From contig NIVC01000150.1 of assembly GCA_002269645.1 (NCBI GenBank), positions 682,001 to 746,000 of the forward strand: 64,000 bases of DNA. Direction: 5' to 3'. The first letter of the stretch is position 1. The number at the start of each line of letters is the position of its first letter. This DNA is from Macrostomum lignano. Lineage: Eukaryota. The notes under the pieces are model-generated. The model saw only the letters and a list, made by a program, of their open reading frames with translations, was not told where the DNA came from and made no database searches. The position numbers and the translations under genes were made by a program. Shown here in pieces: positions 10,414 to 22,761 of the stretch.

Positions 10414-13226
10414 CTTTGGTGCAGTAGTTGGAAATTTAAAATTTGTCACCGTTTTTAAATGAGTGTCCGATCCTCAGGCGTGTTACTTCCTCCCTTGCAG
10501 GAAAGAAACTTTTTATGCATTTTCTCTCCATCTTCTTGGGAGAGAAATAAGGCGATGGAGTGAGGAGAGACCTAAGAACGTTTCTTATTGGCTGCACGGT
10601 GTTTTTAGCTTCGACCCAGAGACCGTCAGTCTCCCTTTCTTTTGCTGTCCTTCTCTTGCCACTCCTCCCAATCATGACGTCGGTCGGCTCTCCTGTTTCT
10701 CTGGAAGAAGAATCTACGTAAAAAATGAAGCTTTCCGCAGTCACCGCAACTGGAGGTGTAGTTAGTTAGTTTGCTTGCTTGCACTTTTTCTTTAGGCTTT
10801 CGCATTGCCAGACTGGAATAGTAGCCTTGCCAACCTGCCGCTATGTGTTTTGTTCTAGTGCAACAGTTATTTTCCTATCTTTGATTCCACCGCCAGACAG
10901 ACCTCTGCTGTATAAATAGTGATAGTTTTATTTCTTGATTCCGATAATCTTAAGATTTCGTGTTAGAGATTGTAAATTTGTATGAGCGTATGTACTCGAT
11001 TATGCAGTCTTTGTGTCAAGCTTAAGACTGAAAATATACAATAGGCCTTTAACAAATATAGTATGGAAGAAGAAGATTTAGTATTTGTCTGTGGATAAAT
11101 TATATACTTAGTATAGGTAGCTTGGGTCCTAGTCTACATATTAGTAATGGTAGGTCTTCAAAGCATTTTTCTTTTCTGACTGAATCATTTTCCATTGCGG
11201 TCAATAAGGCTCATCTCATCCCGGGACCCGGGAGAATTATTTTGCTACACATTCTCTTCTTGCCAGAAAGCCGCTCAAGATTTCATTAGTGCTGATCCCC
11301 TCTTCATCTGCTGATCCCAAATCCTCCGCCCCCGTCTCCAGAGAGTCGGCACCCCTTTTTTTTATCTCCCTTTCTTTATTCTTAGCGGGCTCTGCTTTAA
11401 GGGGAATTGATTTTTTGTCTCATCAAACTTTTTTCTCTGTCCTTGGGGTTTTTCTCTCTTCGGTGCACTCACTTCTGGGCTCTGGTCGGGACATCCAATA
11501 GTGCAGCCTGTCTAAACATGTTGGGTCGCCCCCTCAGCCTCCTGGCAGCTATTGCAGACCCTTTCCGACTGCTTCTTTTATCCGCTTCGCGTCGGACTTG
11601 CTGAAGCAGAAATGCTATAAAAGAGGTTACCCCTTATTGAAGCGCGTGGGAAACGCTTAGTTTTCTTTTTTTGGCTGTTTCTTACGTCCCTGGTTTACGC
11701 TACTCCGAACATGAGGCACGCTTTTGTGCACTAATTAGTTCGGGATATTGATTGGGTGTCTTCAGGGCATGTCTTATCAAAAGCTCGATGCTTTCAAATG
11801 CCTAATACGAGCCGGTTGGTTGTGGATTGAAAAGACTTGGATAAAATACCGACTCAATAAATTTTGTTTCGCTTTTAATACGCTCGTAATCCGCTTGAAT
11901 GTTTTTCTGCGCATGCGAGACTTTTGCTATTTAAAGTGCATTATTAAATCAACGCATTACAGTTGGACTCTATTCCGGTTAACCTGCCAAAATAAAATGC
12001 TTTTAAGGTACAGCTGGGTGCTGGTACGGCCTCTCATGGTGTGCATTGTTGAAATATAACTTTTTAGCTATTCTGGGAAGAAGAGCACTTTAACTTCTGG
12101 TATATTTAAGCACTGCAAAGTCAGCTGTGTGTAGGTGTGCAGCGGGGCAAAATTTGACCGTGTCAATCATTTAAGGTCTGCCACGTTTTTTCCCTCTGCT
12201 GGCAGCTATAAGTTGTTTCGTATGATTTGAGAGTTGAGCAGGATTGCTAAAGAAGAAATTTCACCCGTCTTTCTCCAGGAAACCGGGATCCCTAGGTGGT
12301 AGAGCTGTTGCCTCTCAGGATCGATTTCTCCCAACAGAATGATGTAGTCGCCAAGTTTAATTAGCCCTGGCTCACTTCAAATCTTTTACTTACTTTACCC
12401 TCTCTCAGCCTCACCCTCCGTCTGCTTCGCCCACTTCATTGCCAACTTGCTCGCAAAACTTCAGCAAAGTATTCAAATGAGTATACTATGAGTATAGCCT
12501 TTAGACAGAGTGAGAGGGAGAAGTTTTTAGTTGAGACAGAACTGAAGAGCTCCCGGGATTTTGGTTGGCATCGGGTTGAGCGAGAATTTCGCTATTAGAT
12601 TAAGTGCGAGTCCGCGCTCTTGATAAATCAATTTTTTCCCGTGTAGAGCAAATTTCAGCATCGTGCATAGTATGCCTAAGTAATACCCGTGCATGGCTGG
12701 GATTATGCAAGCATCTTAATTTTGGTCGGTAAAGCTCCCGTCTGGGTTGACGAATTCCTGCAATTGACCGTGCTTGGCAGACTGGCGGACTGGGCGGCAC
12801 TACACGACCGCTAATGGGAGAAAAATGTTTGTGTAGTTTCTGCAACTTCTTTTCTAGGAATTTCAGACGCAACGGAAAAGGAAGACTTGCTCCGACTCTC
12901 TTACTGTCTTCTATAGCTACAGTCCAATTTCTTTCTATTCACGAGGGTAGTAACACCTGTCGTCCAGTCTTTCTTATTGTCATCCAAATTGTCTGTAATT
13001 ATGTGCTTCCCTGTGCTGCTCTGCGATCTGCAGTTAGCCATTATGCAGCAGTTATATTTATTTTTAATCACGTTTCCCCAACTAGTGTTGAATGCAGCGT
13101 TTTTGGCCATCTTATTGTTGCTAAATTCCCGCAAAACAACAGCTAGATGAATACCTTCTTTCGCTTTGCTGAGCTTGTTGCTAGCTAATTAAAGTCTGGG
13201 GGGAACAGAGTTGACAGCGAAACAGA

Positions 13227-13266
13227 ATGCGTCTCATGCAGCTAATTATGAGCTGGCAAAGCAGCG
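13227..13266 (+). CDS. Uncharacterised 7-TM protein, candidate exon 1
   Basis: ATG CGT CTC..AGC G|GTGAGC; the phase-1 donor fits the next exon (MRLMQLIMSWQSS). Confidence 0.4.
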
Positions 13267-13869
13267 GTGAGCCTACCTGCTACCCTCTATTGTTTAAGTT
13301 GAATTGCTGCATTTTTGTACTTATGCACAATATTTGATGCGTACAATACTGCCAGAGAGGCACGCTATTTCTTACTTTAAGATGTAGATTTTTAAAAAGA
13401 ATTGACTTGTCAGAAAATTGTTCAATGTCTGATAAACGTGCTTCAATCTAAAATGTTCGGCTTCTTTCTGGCTTAAAAAGTGCATTCTTGGTGTAAAATT
13501 ATTCATATTTTGTCTCGATAGGGTACTGAGACACGACTAGAGAACTCTGTCTAAGCCTGCAGCCCCAACAATTCCAACTTTTTCATACCTTCTACAATTA
13601 ATCATAAAGTGTCAGTCACCAATTTCAAGCTTAAAACTTCTTCAGCGATGAGAAAGTAATACGAATAAATGAAAACAATAAACTTTTAACTACGTAAAAT
13701 TTTGTGCTTGTAAAAATAGGGGTCCAACAACAAGGCATGATTAAGTTATAAGTAAACATGGATGATGCTTTTCACTTGCATTCCAGCATCCTAGTAAGCG
13801 TCCTTGACAACAATTGGCAGGGAAAGTAAACAGAGACACGTCAATAAAAAAGTTTAACCAGAATGGAGT

Positions 13870-14130
13870 GGCGCAACTCCTCACCTATTGAACTCTACAG
13901 TCTTGGCCGCGATGTCACCATCAAGCAGTGCGGCTTTCTCAACTGGACATTTGACTATCAGGCCTGCGTTGAGTGAGTACCAGGGGTCGATGGTGAGATG
14001 TCAATGCTCGTGAGGTTTTTTGTTGAGATGTGAAGAGTCAATCGGGAGTTGTTGATAGGCCAAGCCAAAGACAGATCAAAGAGAGAATTTTGGTTAAGCC
14101 ATGGCTTAAATTGAGTCTTTGATTGATGCC
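13870..14130 (-). repeat. Old dispersed repeat, copy 1 (possibly LINE-derived)
   Basis: Aligns by eye with 35800-36000: GAGATG..GGGAGTTGTTG.TAGGCCAAGC..GGTTAAGCCATGGCTTAAA. Both copies translate to FKPWLN on the minus strand. Confidence 0.45.
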
Positions 14131-14756
14131 AAAGCATGCGCTCATAGAAGGTGTACAGCGGCGCTTGACTTTCTCATTCTTGTGCCTTGGGGGTTGGCCC
14201 TCATCGGGTGTGAATCGCACAACCGCTGGGCCAATTTTCGGGCTATGCACGGAATCAACCTTTGCCGACTTTATCTTGAAATAGCTTCCATTTTTTGTCT
14301 CCTATCTTTAGGGGTGGCACTTAGGTTTGGATTGGGATCCGAGTTATTTTTGGAGGCCGGTAGCTTCTTTCCTTATCAAATTCCGAGTTCTCAGTTGGGC
14401 GCAAACTGTGAAAAGTGATATGTGAAAGGAATATGGCTATTTTAAAAAAAGTACGCTCCATACTTGCAGTCTTGCACCTTGCACCTAGCAAGCTCTAATG
14501 GCTTTAGCGTCATCTGCCTGTAGCTAGGGGCTTCATCAGCCACCGGTAGAAGGGAGCTTAAGTGAATCCCTGCAATGTGAGCTTAGCCAGTTCAATATCT
14601 GGACTGAACCTGTTTGAGAACACATCTTTAAACCTTTCTGATTCTGGCCAGTCAAATTATTCGGTTTGTATGCCCGACCTCGTGTCGCATTTCTTAGAAT
14701 TTCTATTGAGATTTTCCATAAGCTTATTTTTTATGTTACACTACGTCGTACCGGAC

Positions 14757-15290
14757 AGCACCCCTGTTCCGGGTGAGCATCCCTGTTCCGGGTGAGCATC
14801 CCTGTTCCGGGTGAGTACCGCTGTTCCGGGTGAGCATCCCTGTTCCGGGTGAGCATCCCTGTTCCGGGTGAGCATCCCTGTTCCGGGTGAGCATCCCTGT
14901 TCCGGGTGAGCATCCCTGTTCCGGGTGAGTACCCCTGTTCCGGGTGAGCATCCCTGTTCCGGGTGAGCATCCCTGTTCCGGGTGAGCATCCCTGTTCCGG
15001 GTGAGTACCCCTGTTCCGAGTGAGCATCCCTGTTCCGGGTGAGCATCCCTGTTCCGGGTGAGCATCCCTGTCCTCATCCGGTGAGCACCCTGTTCCGGGT
15101 GAGCACCCCTGTTCCGGGTAAGCAGCCCTGTTCCGGGTGGACACCCTCTGTCCTGTCTTCACCGGGTGAGCACTCTGTCCTTACTGAGTAAGCACGCCTG
15201 TCCTCACCGGGGTGGACACACCTGTCCTCACCGGGGTGGGCACCCCTGTCCTCACCGGGGTGGGCGCCCCTGTCCTCACCGGCGTGGGCA
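14757..15290. repeat. 19-bp minisatellite (CCCTGTTCCGGGTGAGCAT) grading into a ~24-bp variant
   Basis: About 20 copies, then CCTGTCCTCACCGGGGTGGGCAC units; ends ~20 bp before micro-exon 2. Confidence 0.95.
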
Positions 15291-15308
15291 CCTCTGCTTC
15301 TCGCCCAG

Positions 15309-15336
15309 CTCCTCCCTGCTGCGTGAGCAATCCAGC
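15309..15336 (+). CDS. 7-TM protein, 28-bp micro-exon 2
   Basis: TCTCGCCCAG|CT..CCAGC|GTGAGT; phase 1 to 2; encodes APPCCVSNPA. Confidence 0.5.
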
Positions 15337-15662
15337 GTGAGTCTCATTATAACATTGCTCAGCCAGTGCAAGTCCATGTGAGCAGTTAATGTGAGAACCC
15401 CGATATGGCAGCGGAGGATTAACTGGAAATCCAGCTTCTGCATTACTTATTGATTGATAGTGCAAACACGCCGCGCTAGTCAAAGGAAAAAAGATGTATT
15501 GGGATGAAAACTGTCTCTACAGGAGATTGGGGATATAGCTATAGGATTAGCACTGATCCCTGGTATTCATTTCCCTTACAGCCATTGAGGCTTCTCTCTC
15601 TATGCCGAAGTCCCCAGTTTGTCTTCCGTCAGCGAGGTTGGCTTGCACTTTTATGCCCGCAG

Positions 15663-16063
15663 GCGAGTCGTGCTGTCCGCCGCACTGCTGCTTTTGCTGG
15701 TGGTGTTCGGCTCGACCGTGCTCTGGAACACCCTCACTGCCCTGATGCTGCACCCCCCGGCTGACCGGGTCAAGTTCTCGGCCGTGCTCAGCCTGCAGGC
15801 ACTGATCGTGCTGGAAGCCGCTCTGCTGTCTGTTCGATTGTTGTTCTTCGAAGGCGCGGTGTTGGAGTATCTCACCACCGCTCTGCGGGTGGCTGTGCTT
15901 CTGCTGTACGTGCAGATGCGCCTTCTGGAGTACTACTGCGCTACTAGGCACGCCGTGCCCTATCCCAGCCGGGTGGTGTACTTTGCGCCCGGCCTGCTGC
16001 TCCTGCTGGTGCTCTGCTGCACCGCCATCGGCCAGCGGGCCACCGACAGAGTTCGATGCTTCT
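15663..16063 (+). CDS. 7-TM protein, exon 3 (TM1-TM4)
   Basis: TTTATGCCCGCAG|G..TTC T|GTGAGT; GC3-rich codons; four hydrophobic helices. Confidence 0.85.
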
Positions 16064-16095
16064 GTGAGTGCTGCAGCTGATGAGATGGCTGTTGC

Positions 16096-16460
16096 TTCTT
16101 GTAACTCCTGGTTTCATTCTTGTAACTCCTGGTTTCATTCTTGTCACTCCTGTGTTCATTCTTGTAACTCCTGGTTTCATTCTTGTCACTCCTGTGTTCA
16201 TTCTTGTAACTCCTGGGTTCATTCTTGTAACTCCTGGGTTCATTCTTGTCACTCCTGGGTTCATTATTGTCACTCCTGGGTTCATTCTTGTCACTCCTGG
16301 GTTCATTCTTGTAACTCCTGGGTTCATTCTTGTAACTCCTGGGTTCATTCTTGTCACTCCTGGGTTCATTCTTGTCACTCCTGTGTTCATTCTTGGCACA
16401 TCTGTTTATTTTTGTCACTCTCCAATGATCTTGTCACCCCCTAACATTCTTGTCACTCCC
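16096..16460. repeat. 21-bp minisatellite (TTCTTGTAACTCCTGGGTTCA)
   Basis: About 15 copies starting ~30 bp after the exon-3 donor. Confidence 0.95.
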
Positions 16461-16760
16461 TCAGTCTCATATCACTCATTTGATATTATTATTAATCAGA
16501 TGCTATTCTTGTCCCTCCTAGCCACTCTTCTGATTTCTACGCTTCCCTTTAATTGCTGGATTTTTTACTTTTCTACTTTTAGGTTAAAAGTACCTCTATG
16601 TTACGAGTAAGCATTAGTCTACACGTTACGTAGCAGAATAGCAAATTATTAAAAGCGATGGTGTCACAGAACTGTTACGAGTGCATGATAGCTTTCAACG
16701 TCTCTTCAAATTTTGTTTCAAACTGAGTCGATTCTGCATTAGCTACACTTTCGTAGTCAG

Positions 16761-16802
16761 GGTGGAGTCCGCTGGGCTGCAGCGACTTAAGCGCTGGCCG
16801 CT
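16761..16802 (+). CDS. 7-TM protein, 42-bp exon 4
   Basis: GTCAG|GG..CGC T|GTGAGT; phase 1 to 1; WWSPLGCSDLSAGR loop. Confidence 0.55.
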
Positions 16803-17088
16803 GTGAGTTCGACCTGTTTTATCCGGTTAGTTTCGTCTAATCCGTCAGCCTTTTTTTAAAAGCGAATATCGTTTAACGGTCCACTGCGAGCCGCCCTTTG
16901 CTACCCTTTTATCCTCTGATGAAAGCCTTTTTTCCTTAGATAGAAAAGCATTTCCGATTTCAAACGAATCCGGCTGCTAAGGCTACACTAATTGAACTGC
17001 TGCAACCGGATACACTGCACCGCCGCTCTGATGGTGCCCATTCTAAAGGAATAGGGAATTAACGGTGGGAATTAAATAGACGGAAAAA

Positions 17089-17136
17089 CAGGCAGGCAGA
17101 CGGCAGACAGACAGACAGACAGACAGACAGACAGGC

Positions 17137-17197
<61 letters not shown>

Positions 17198-17200
17198 GGC

Positions 17201-17236
<36 letters not shown>
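17089..17236. repeat. (CAGA)n microsatellite
   Basis: About 35 copies with a few CAGG interruptions. Confidence 0.97.
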
Positions 17237-17237
<1 letters not shown>

Positions 17238-17724
17238 CTGAGGCAGGCCACAAAGACACATGAGAGGCGGCTCGGGAGTGACTCAGCAGAGGTCAGTTAA
17301 GGACAGAAATTCCGAGCGCTGTCACGTGAAGTCGGTGCTGACCCCATTCTGAAAGGGGACCTGCTACACGCGACTCGCAGCAGTGGATGCTGTTGCATGT
17401 AAAATTATTTTGCTCTAAAAAGCGAAATTAATCCAAGTCAGAGTTTTTTTATAAAGAAAAACACAGCAGTGATTAGGGAAATTTTGGCAAAGAAGCTCCG
17501 CTGCTTCGCGGTCAAGGTCGCTACTCTGAAAGGCAGCGGCCGTCGATGAAGCAATTTTTCGGGTCGAACGTATCATTTTTAGCATAGTAAAATAATCAGG
17601 CCCACAACCAGCCTCTGGTCTAATTTTCATTTTGCTCGAGGCTAATACGCAGCCAGAATGTTGCAATAACATTCCTTGCCTTGAGCCCGCTCTTGCTTTA
17701 CCTTCTCGCATGCATGTCGCAATC

Positions 17725-18660
17725 TAATCTCATAATCTGCTCTACTAGTTTACTCTCAATCTACTCTCAAAACCTGGTCTCCTAATCTGCTGTCGTAATC
17801 TACTTCATAATCTATTCTCATAATACTTTCTTCATATACCCTCAGAATCTACTCTCATAATCCACTATACTACAATCTATTCTCATAATCTACTCTTATA
17901 ATCTGCTCTCATAATCCACTCATAATCTGTTCTCATAGTTTACTCTCAATTCACTATACTACAATCTACTCTCATAATTGGCTCTCATAATCTATTATCA
18001 TAATCTATTCTCATAATCTATTCTCATAACCTACTTTCATAATCTATTCTCATAATCTATTCTCATAACCTAATTTCATAATCTATTCTCATAATCTATT
18101 CTCATAACCTAATTTCATAATCTATTCTCATAATCTATTCTCATAACCTAATTTCATAATCTATTCTCATAATCTATTCTCATAACCTACTTTCATAATC
18201 CACTCTCATAATCTACTCTCATAATCAACTCTCATAATCTACTCTCATAATCTACTCTCATAATCTTCTCTCATAATCCACTCTCATAATCTACTCTCAT
18301 AATCTACTCTCATAATCTACTCTCATAATCCACTCTCATAATCTACTCTCATAATCTACTCTCATAATCCACTCTCATAATCCACTCTCATAATCTACTC
18401 TCATAATCTACTCTCATAATCTACTCTCATAATCGGCTTTATTAAAATTTACTCCCATATTTTACTCTCATAAGCTACTTTCATAATCCACTCTCATAAT
18501 CTACTCTCATAATCTACTCTCATAATCCACTCTCATAATCTACTCTCATAATCTACTCTCATAACCGACTATATTAAAATTTACTCCCATATTTTACTCT
18601 CATAAGCTACTTTCATAATCCACTCTCATAATGTACTCTCATAATTTTCTCTCATAATCT
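17725..18660. repeat. 13-bp minisatellite (CTCTCATAATCTA)
   Basis: Directly visible; degenerate ends. Confidence 0.95.
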
Positions 18661-19557
18661 ACTTTGTAAACTGTTTTCACTCTCGTGAGAATCTTGTCAC
18701 TCCGCAGTTTGTCACAATTTCACTCTAGGAGCATCTCGTCACTCCAACATATCAAAATCATCATGGCATCGCATCTTTACACTTCACGCAAATAGAATAG
18801 TCTACGGAGTTGAACAGTTTTACAGCATATCTTAGATGAGGGGGGCGTTATCGATTGATTGTGCAATTACAAGAATTTCCTTTCTATTCCCCGGACAGGG
18901 AGTTCGTTGAAGTTCAGATTCTGGGCAGCAGAGAATTTCCTAGTTACCCGAGGCCAAGTCTGCTCTTACTAGAGTAGAAGGGCCTGGCCTCTATTAAAAA
19001 TTGTCTGCAGGCCTAATGATCAATTATTATAAGTGTGAGAAGCAATTATCGCCTCGCTCTTCAGATTTGCAGCCCTCAATGCAAGCCTGTCCGATTTGCT
19101 TAGCAGTTGTCTATGAATAATACGAATTTTCTATCCGTAATTCAGTTTTAATACAGAATCTTGATGAAGCTTTGGCTGCCAGTTCAATTTGGGAGGGCAG
19201 GCGGGTCCAGTCCTGCAACTTAAAAGTACACGCCTGGTCCCTTCAGAGTGCCGCAGATGCCTGTCAGCGAGCCTGTCACTCAGACAGTCAGCCTGCCTGG
19301 CACCCCGCTGACTCTCTCTTAGCTTATTCTATTACGAGCGTATTTGCACCTCGCTTCCTCTTCCTTTGTTCTCCCCGAATGTCTCTAACTTTCCGTCTTG
19401 TTTGCATAGCATTTGCTATCCATCACCCCGCTACTGTTCTGTCTTTCCAGTCTGACCTCTGAGTTTTTACCCCGGCTGCCTGGTGTCGCCGCTCAGTCAC
19501 TCGCTCTGTGTTTTTTTACCTGTTTCTTGACTAACTAGCTCATCTGATTAACTAACT

Positions 19558-22175
19558 AGCCTCTCATCTCTGCCTCTCACCTCTGCCTCTCATCTCTGCC
19601 TCTCACCTCTGCCTCTCATCTCTGCCTCTCATCTCTGCCTCTCATCTCTGCCTCTCATCTCTGCCTCTCATCTCTGCCTCTCATCTCTGCCTCTCACCTC
19701 TGCCTCTCATCTCTGCCTCTCATCTCTGCCTCTCATCTCTGCCTCTCACCTCTGCCTCTCATCTCTGCCTCTCATCTCTGCCTCTCATCTCTGCCTCTCA
19801 TCTCTGCCTCTCATCTCTGCCTCTCATCTCTGCCTCTCATCTCTGCCTCTCATCTCTGCCTCTCATCTCTGCCTCTCACCTCTGCCTCTCATCTCTGCCT
19901 CTCATCTCTGCCTCTCATCTCTGCCTCTCATCTCTGCCTCTCACCTCTGCCTCTCATCTCTGCCTCTCATCTCTGCCTCTCACCTCTGCCTCTCATCTCT
20001 GCCTCTCACCTCTGCCTCTCATCTCTGCCTCTCACCTCTGCCTCTCATCTCTGCCTCTCACCCTCGGCCTCTCACCCTCGGCCTCTCACCCTCGGCCTCT
20101 CACCCTCGGCCTCTCACCCTCGGCCTCTCACCCTCGGCCTCTCACCCTGTGCCTCTCACCCTCGGCCTCTCACCTTGCGCTTCTCATCTCTGCCTCTCAT
20201 CTCTGCCTCTCATCTCTGCCTCTCATCTCTGCCTCTCACCTCTGCCTCTCATCTCTGCCTCTCATCTCTGCCTCTCATCTCTGCCTCTCATCTCTGCCTC
20301 TCATCTCTGCCTCTCATCTCTGCCTCTCACCTCTGCCTCTCATCTCTGCCTCTCATCTCTGCCTCTCATCTCTGCCTCTCACCTCTGCCTCTCATCTCTG
20401 CCTCTCATCTCTGCCTCTCATCTCTGCCTCTCATCTCTGCCTCTCATCTCTGCCTCTCATCTCTGCCTCTCATCTCTGCCTCTCATCTCTGCCTCTCATC
20501 TCTGCCTCTCACCTCTGCCTCTCATCTCTGCCTCTCATCTCTGCCTCTCATCTCTGCCTCTCACCTCTGCCTCTCATCTCTGCCTCTCATCTCTGCCTCT
20601 CACCTCTGCCTCTCATCTCTGCCTCTCACCCTCGGCCTCTCACCCTCGGCCTCTCACCCTCGGCCTCTCACCCTCGGCCTCTCACCCTGTGCCTCTCACC
20701 CTCGGCCTCTCACCTTGCGCTTCTCATCTCTGCCTCTCATCTCTGCCTCTCATCTCTGCCTCTCATCTCTGCCTCTCACCTCTGCCTCTCATCTCTGCCT
20801 CTCACCTCTGCCTCTCATCTCTACCTCTCACCTCTGCCTCTCATCTCTGCCTCTCACCCTCGGCCTCTCACCCTCGGCCTCTCACCCTCGGCCTCTCACC
20901 CTGTGCCTCTCACCCTCGGCCTCTCACCTTGCGCTTCTCATCTCTGCCTCTCATCTCTGCCTCTCATCTCTGCCTCTCATATCTGCCTCTCACCTCTGCC
21001 TCTCATCTCTGCCTCTCATCTCTGCCTCATCTCTGTATCTCATCTCCGTCTCTCACCCTGTGCCTCTCACCTCTGCCTCTCATCTCTGCCTCTCACCTCT
21101 GCCTCTCATCTCTGCCTCTCATCTCTGCCTCCCACCCTCTGCCTCCCACCCTCTGCCTCTCATCTCTGCCTCTCACCTCTGCCTCTCATCTCTGCCTCTC
21201 ATCTCTGCCTTTCATCTCTGCCTCTCACCCTGTGCCTCTCATCTCTGCCTCTCACCTCTGCCTCTCATCTCTGCCTCTCATCTCTGCCTCTCATCTCTGC
21301 CTCTCATCTCTGCCTCTCATCTCTGCCTCTCACCTCTGCCTCTCATCTCTGCCTCTCACCCTCGGCCTCTCACCCTCGGCCTCTCACCCTCGGCCTCTCA
21401 CCCTCGGCCTCTCACCCTGTGCCTCTCACCCTCGGCCTCTCACCTTGCGCTTCTCATCTCTGCCTCTCATCTCTGCCTCTCATCTCTGCCTCTCACCTCT
21501 GCCTCTCATCTCTGCCTCTCATCTCTGCCTCTCATCTCTGCCTCTCATCTCTGCCTCTCACCTCTGCCTCTCATCTCTGCCTCTCACCTCTGCCTCTCAT
21601 CTCTGCCTCTCACCCTCGGCCTCTCACCCTCGGCCTCTCACCCTCGGCCTCTCACCCTGTGCCTCTCACCCTCGGCCTCTCACCTTGCGCTTCTCATCTC
21701 TGCCTCTCATCTCTGCCTCTCATCTCTGCCTCTCACCTCTGCCTCTCATCTCTGCCTCTCATCTCTGCCTCATCTCTGTATCTCATCTCCGTCTCTCACC
21801 CTGTGCCTCTCACCTCTGCCTCTCATCTCTGCCTCTCACCTCTGCCTCTCATCTCTGCCTCTCATCTCTGCCTCCCACCCTCTGCCTCCCACCCTCTGCC
21901 TCTCATCTCTGCCTCTCACCTCTGCCTCTCATCTCTGCCTCTCATCTCTGCCTTTCATCTCTGCCTCTCACCCTGTGCCTCTCATCTCTGCCTCTCACCT
22001 CTGCCTCTCATCTCTGCCTCTCATCTCTGCCTCTCATCTCTGCCTCTCATCTCTGCCTCTCATCTCTGCCTCTCACATCTGCCTCTCATCTCTGCCTCTC
22101 ATCTCTGCCTCTCATCTCTGCCTTTCATCTCTGCCTCTCACCCATCTACCTCTCCCCTCTCTACCCTCATCTCTA
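19558..22175. repeat. 13/14-bp pyrimidine-rich minisatellite (CTCTCATCTCTGC; CTCTCACCCTCGGC) with higher-order blocks
   Basis: About 200 units; a rare-variant block (CTGTATCT..CTCCGT) recurs at 21033 and 21776. Confidence 0.97.
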
Positions 22176-22761
22176 TTAATTTTCGCCAGTGATGGAATCC
22201 AGCGCGTCACAGAACTTGCGTCACACAGCGGTTTGGCAATCAGTCTCATTAAATTTCTGCGGGCGAGTCCTGTTCCTTTCAGACTGCGACCATCGTCTCC
22301 AGCTAGTACCGGACCCCCCCCCCAATTTTTTGTTTGATGTCATCAGATATCGCTTTTTTGCTCTTCTGTTTCGAACAGTCGCGGGGGCGTTGCTTGTAAC
22401 GAGCTGCCAGCTGGGAACTGCTCGCAGGATTGAGACTTGATGAAGCCATTTTTGATTCTGCTTTCCCCGTTTTTTTGTGTCACGCCAGCGCTTCAAGCGT
22501 TCGATGCGGCAGTCCCTCAGTCCGCATTGTATCGGGTGTTTTTTTCAAGATTTTTGTCAAAGCCTGTGTCGGTGCGAGCTGCCGCTGATCAAGCAGTGCA
22601 GGGGAAGCGGAAGTAGAGAGGCCAAGTCTGGGGAGAGAAAGGCGAGAGAGGCTTCCTGTTCACAGAATTCATTTGAATTGAATATTTACTGACTTTTTTA
22701 AACTGTTTCTAAGGAGTTCAATGGAATGCATCGCTTTGGGGACGTTGCTAGGGACTTGGTA

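Noticed and set aside
15582-15662. Extension of 7-TM exon 3 to the upstream acceptor at 15581
   Set aside because: It introduces an in-frame TGA (15586-15588); the 15662 acceptor is phase-compatible with micro-exon 2.
20149-22337. 430-720-aa ORFs (SHLCLSSLPLISA..)
   Set aside because: Translations of a stop-free 13-bp minisatellite, open in all three frames, with no coding signature.
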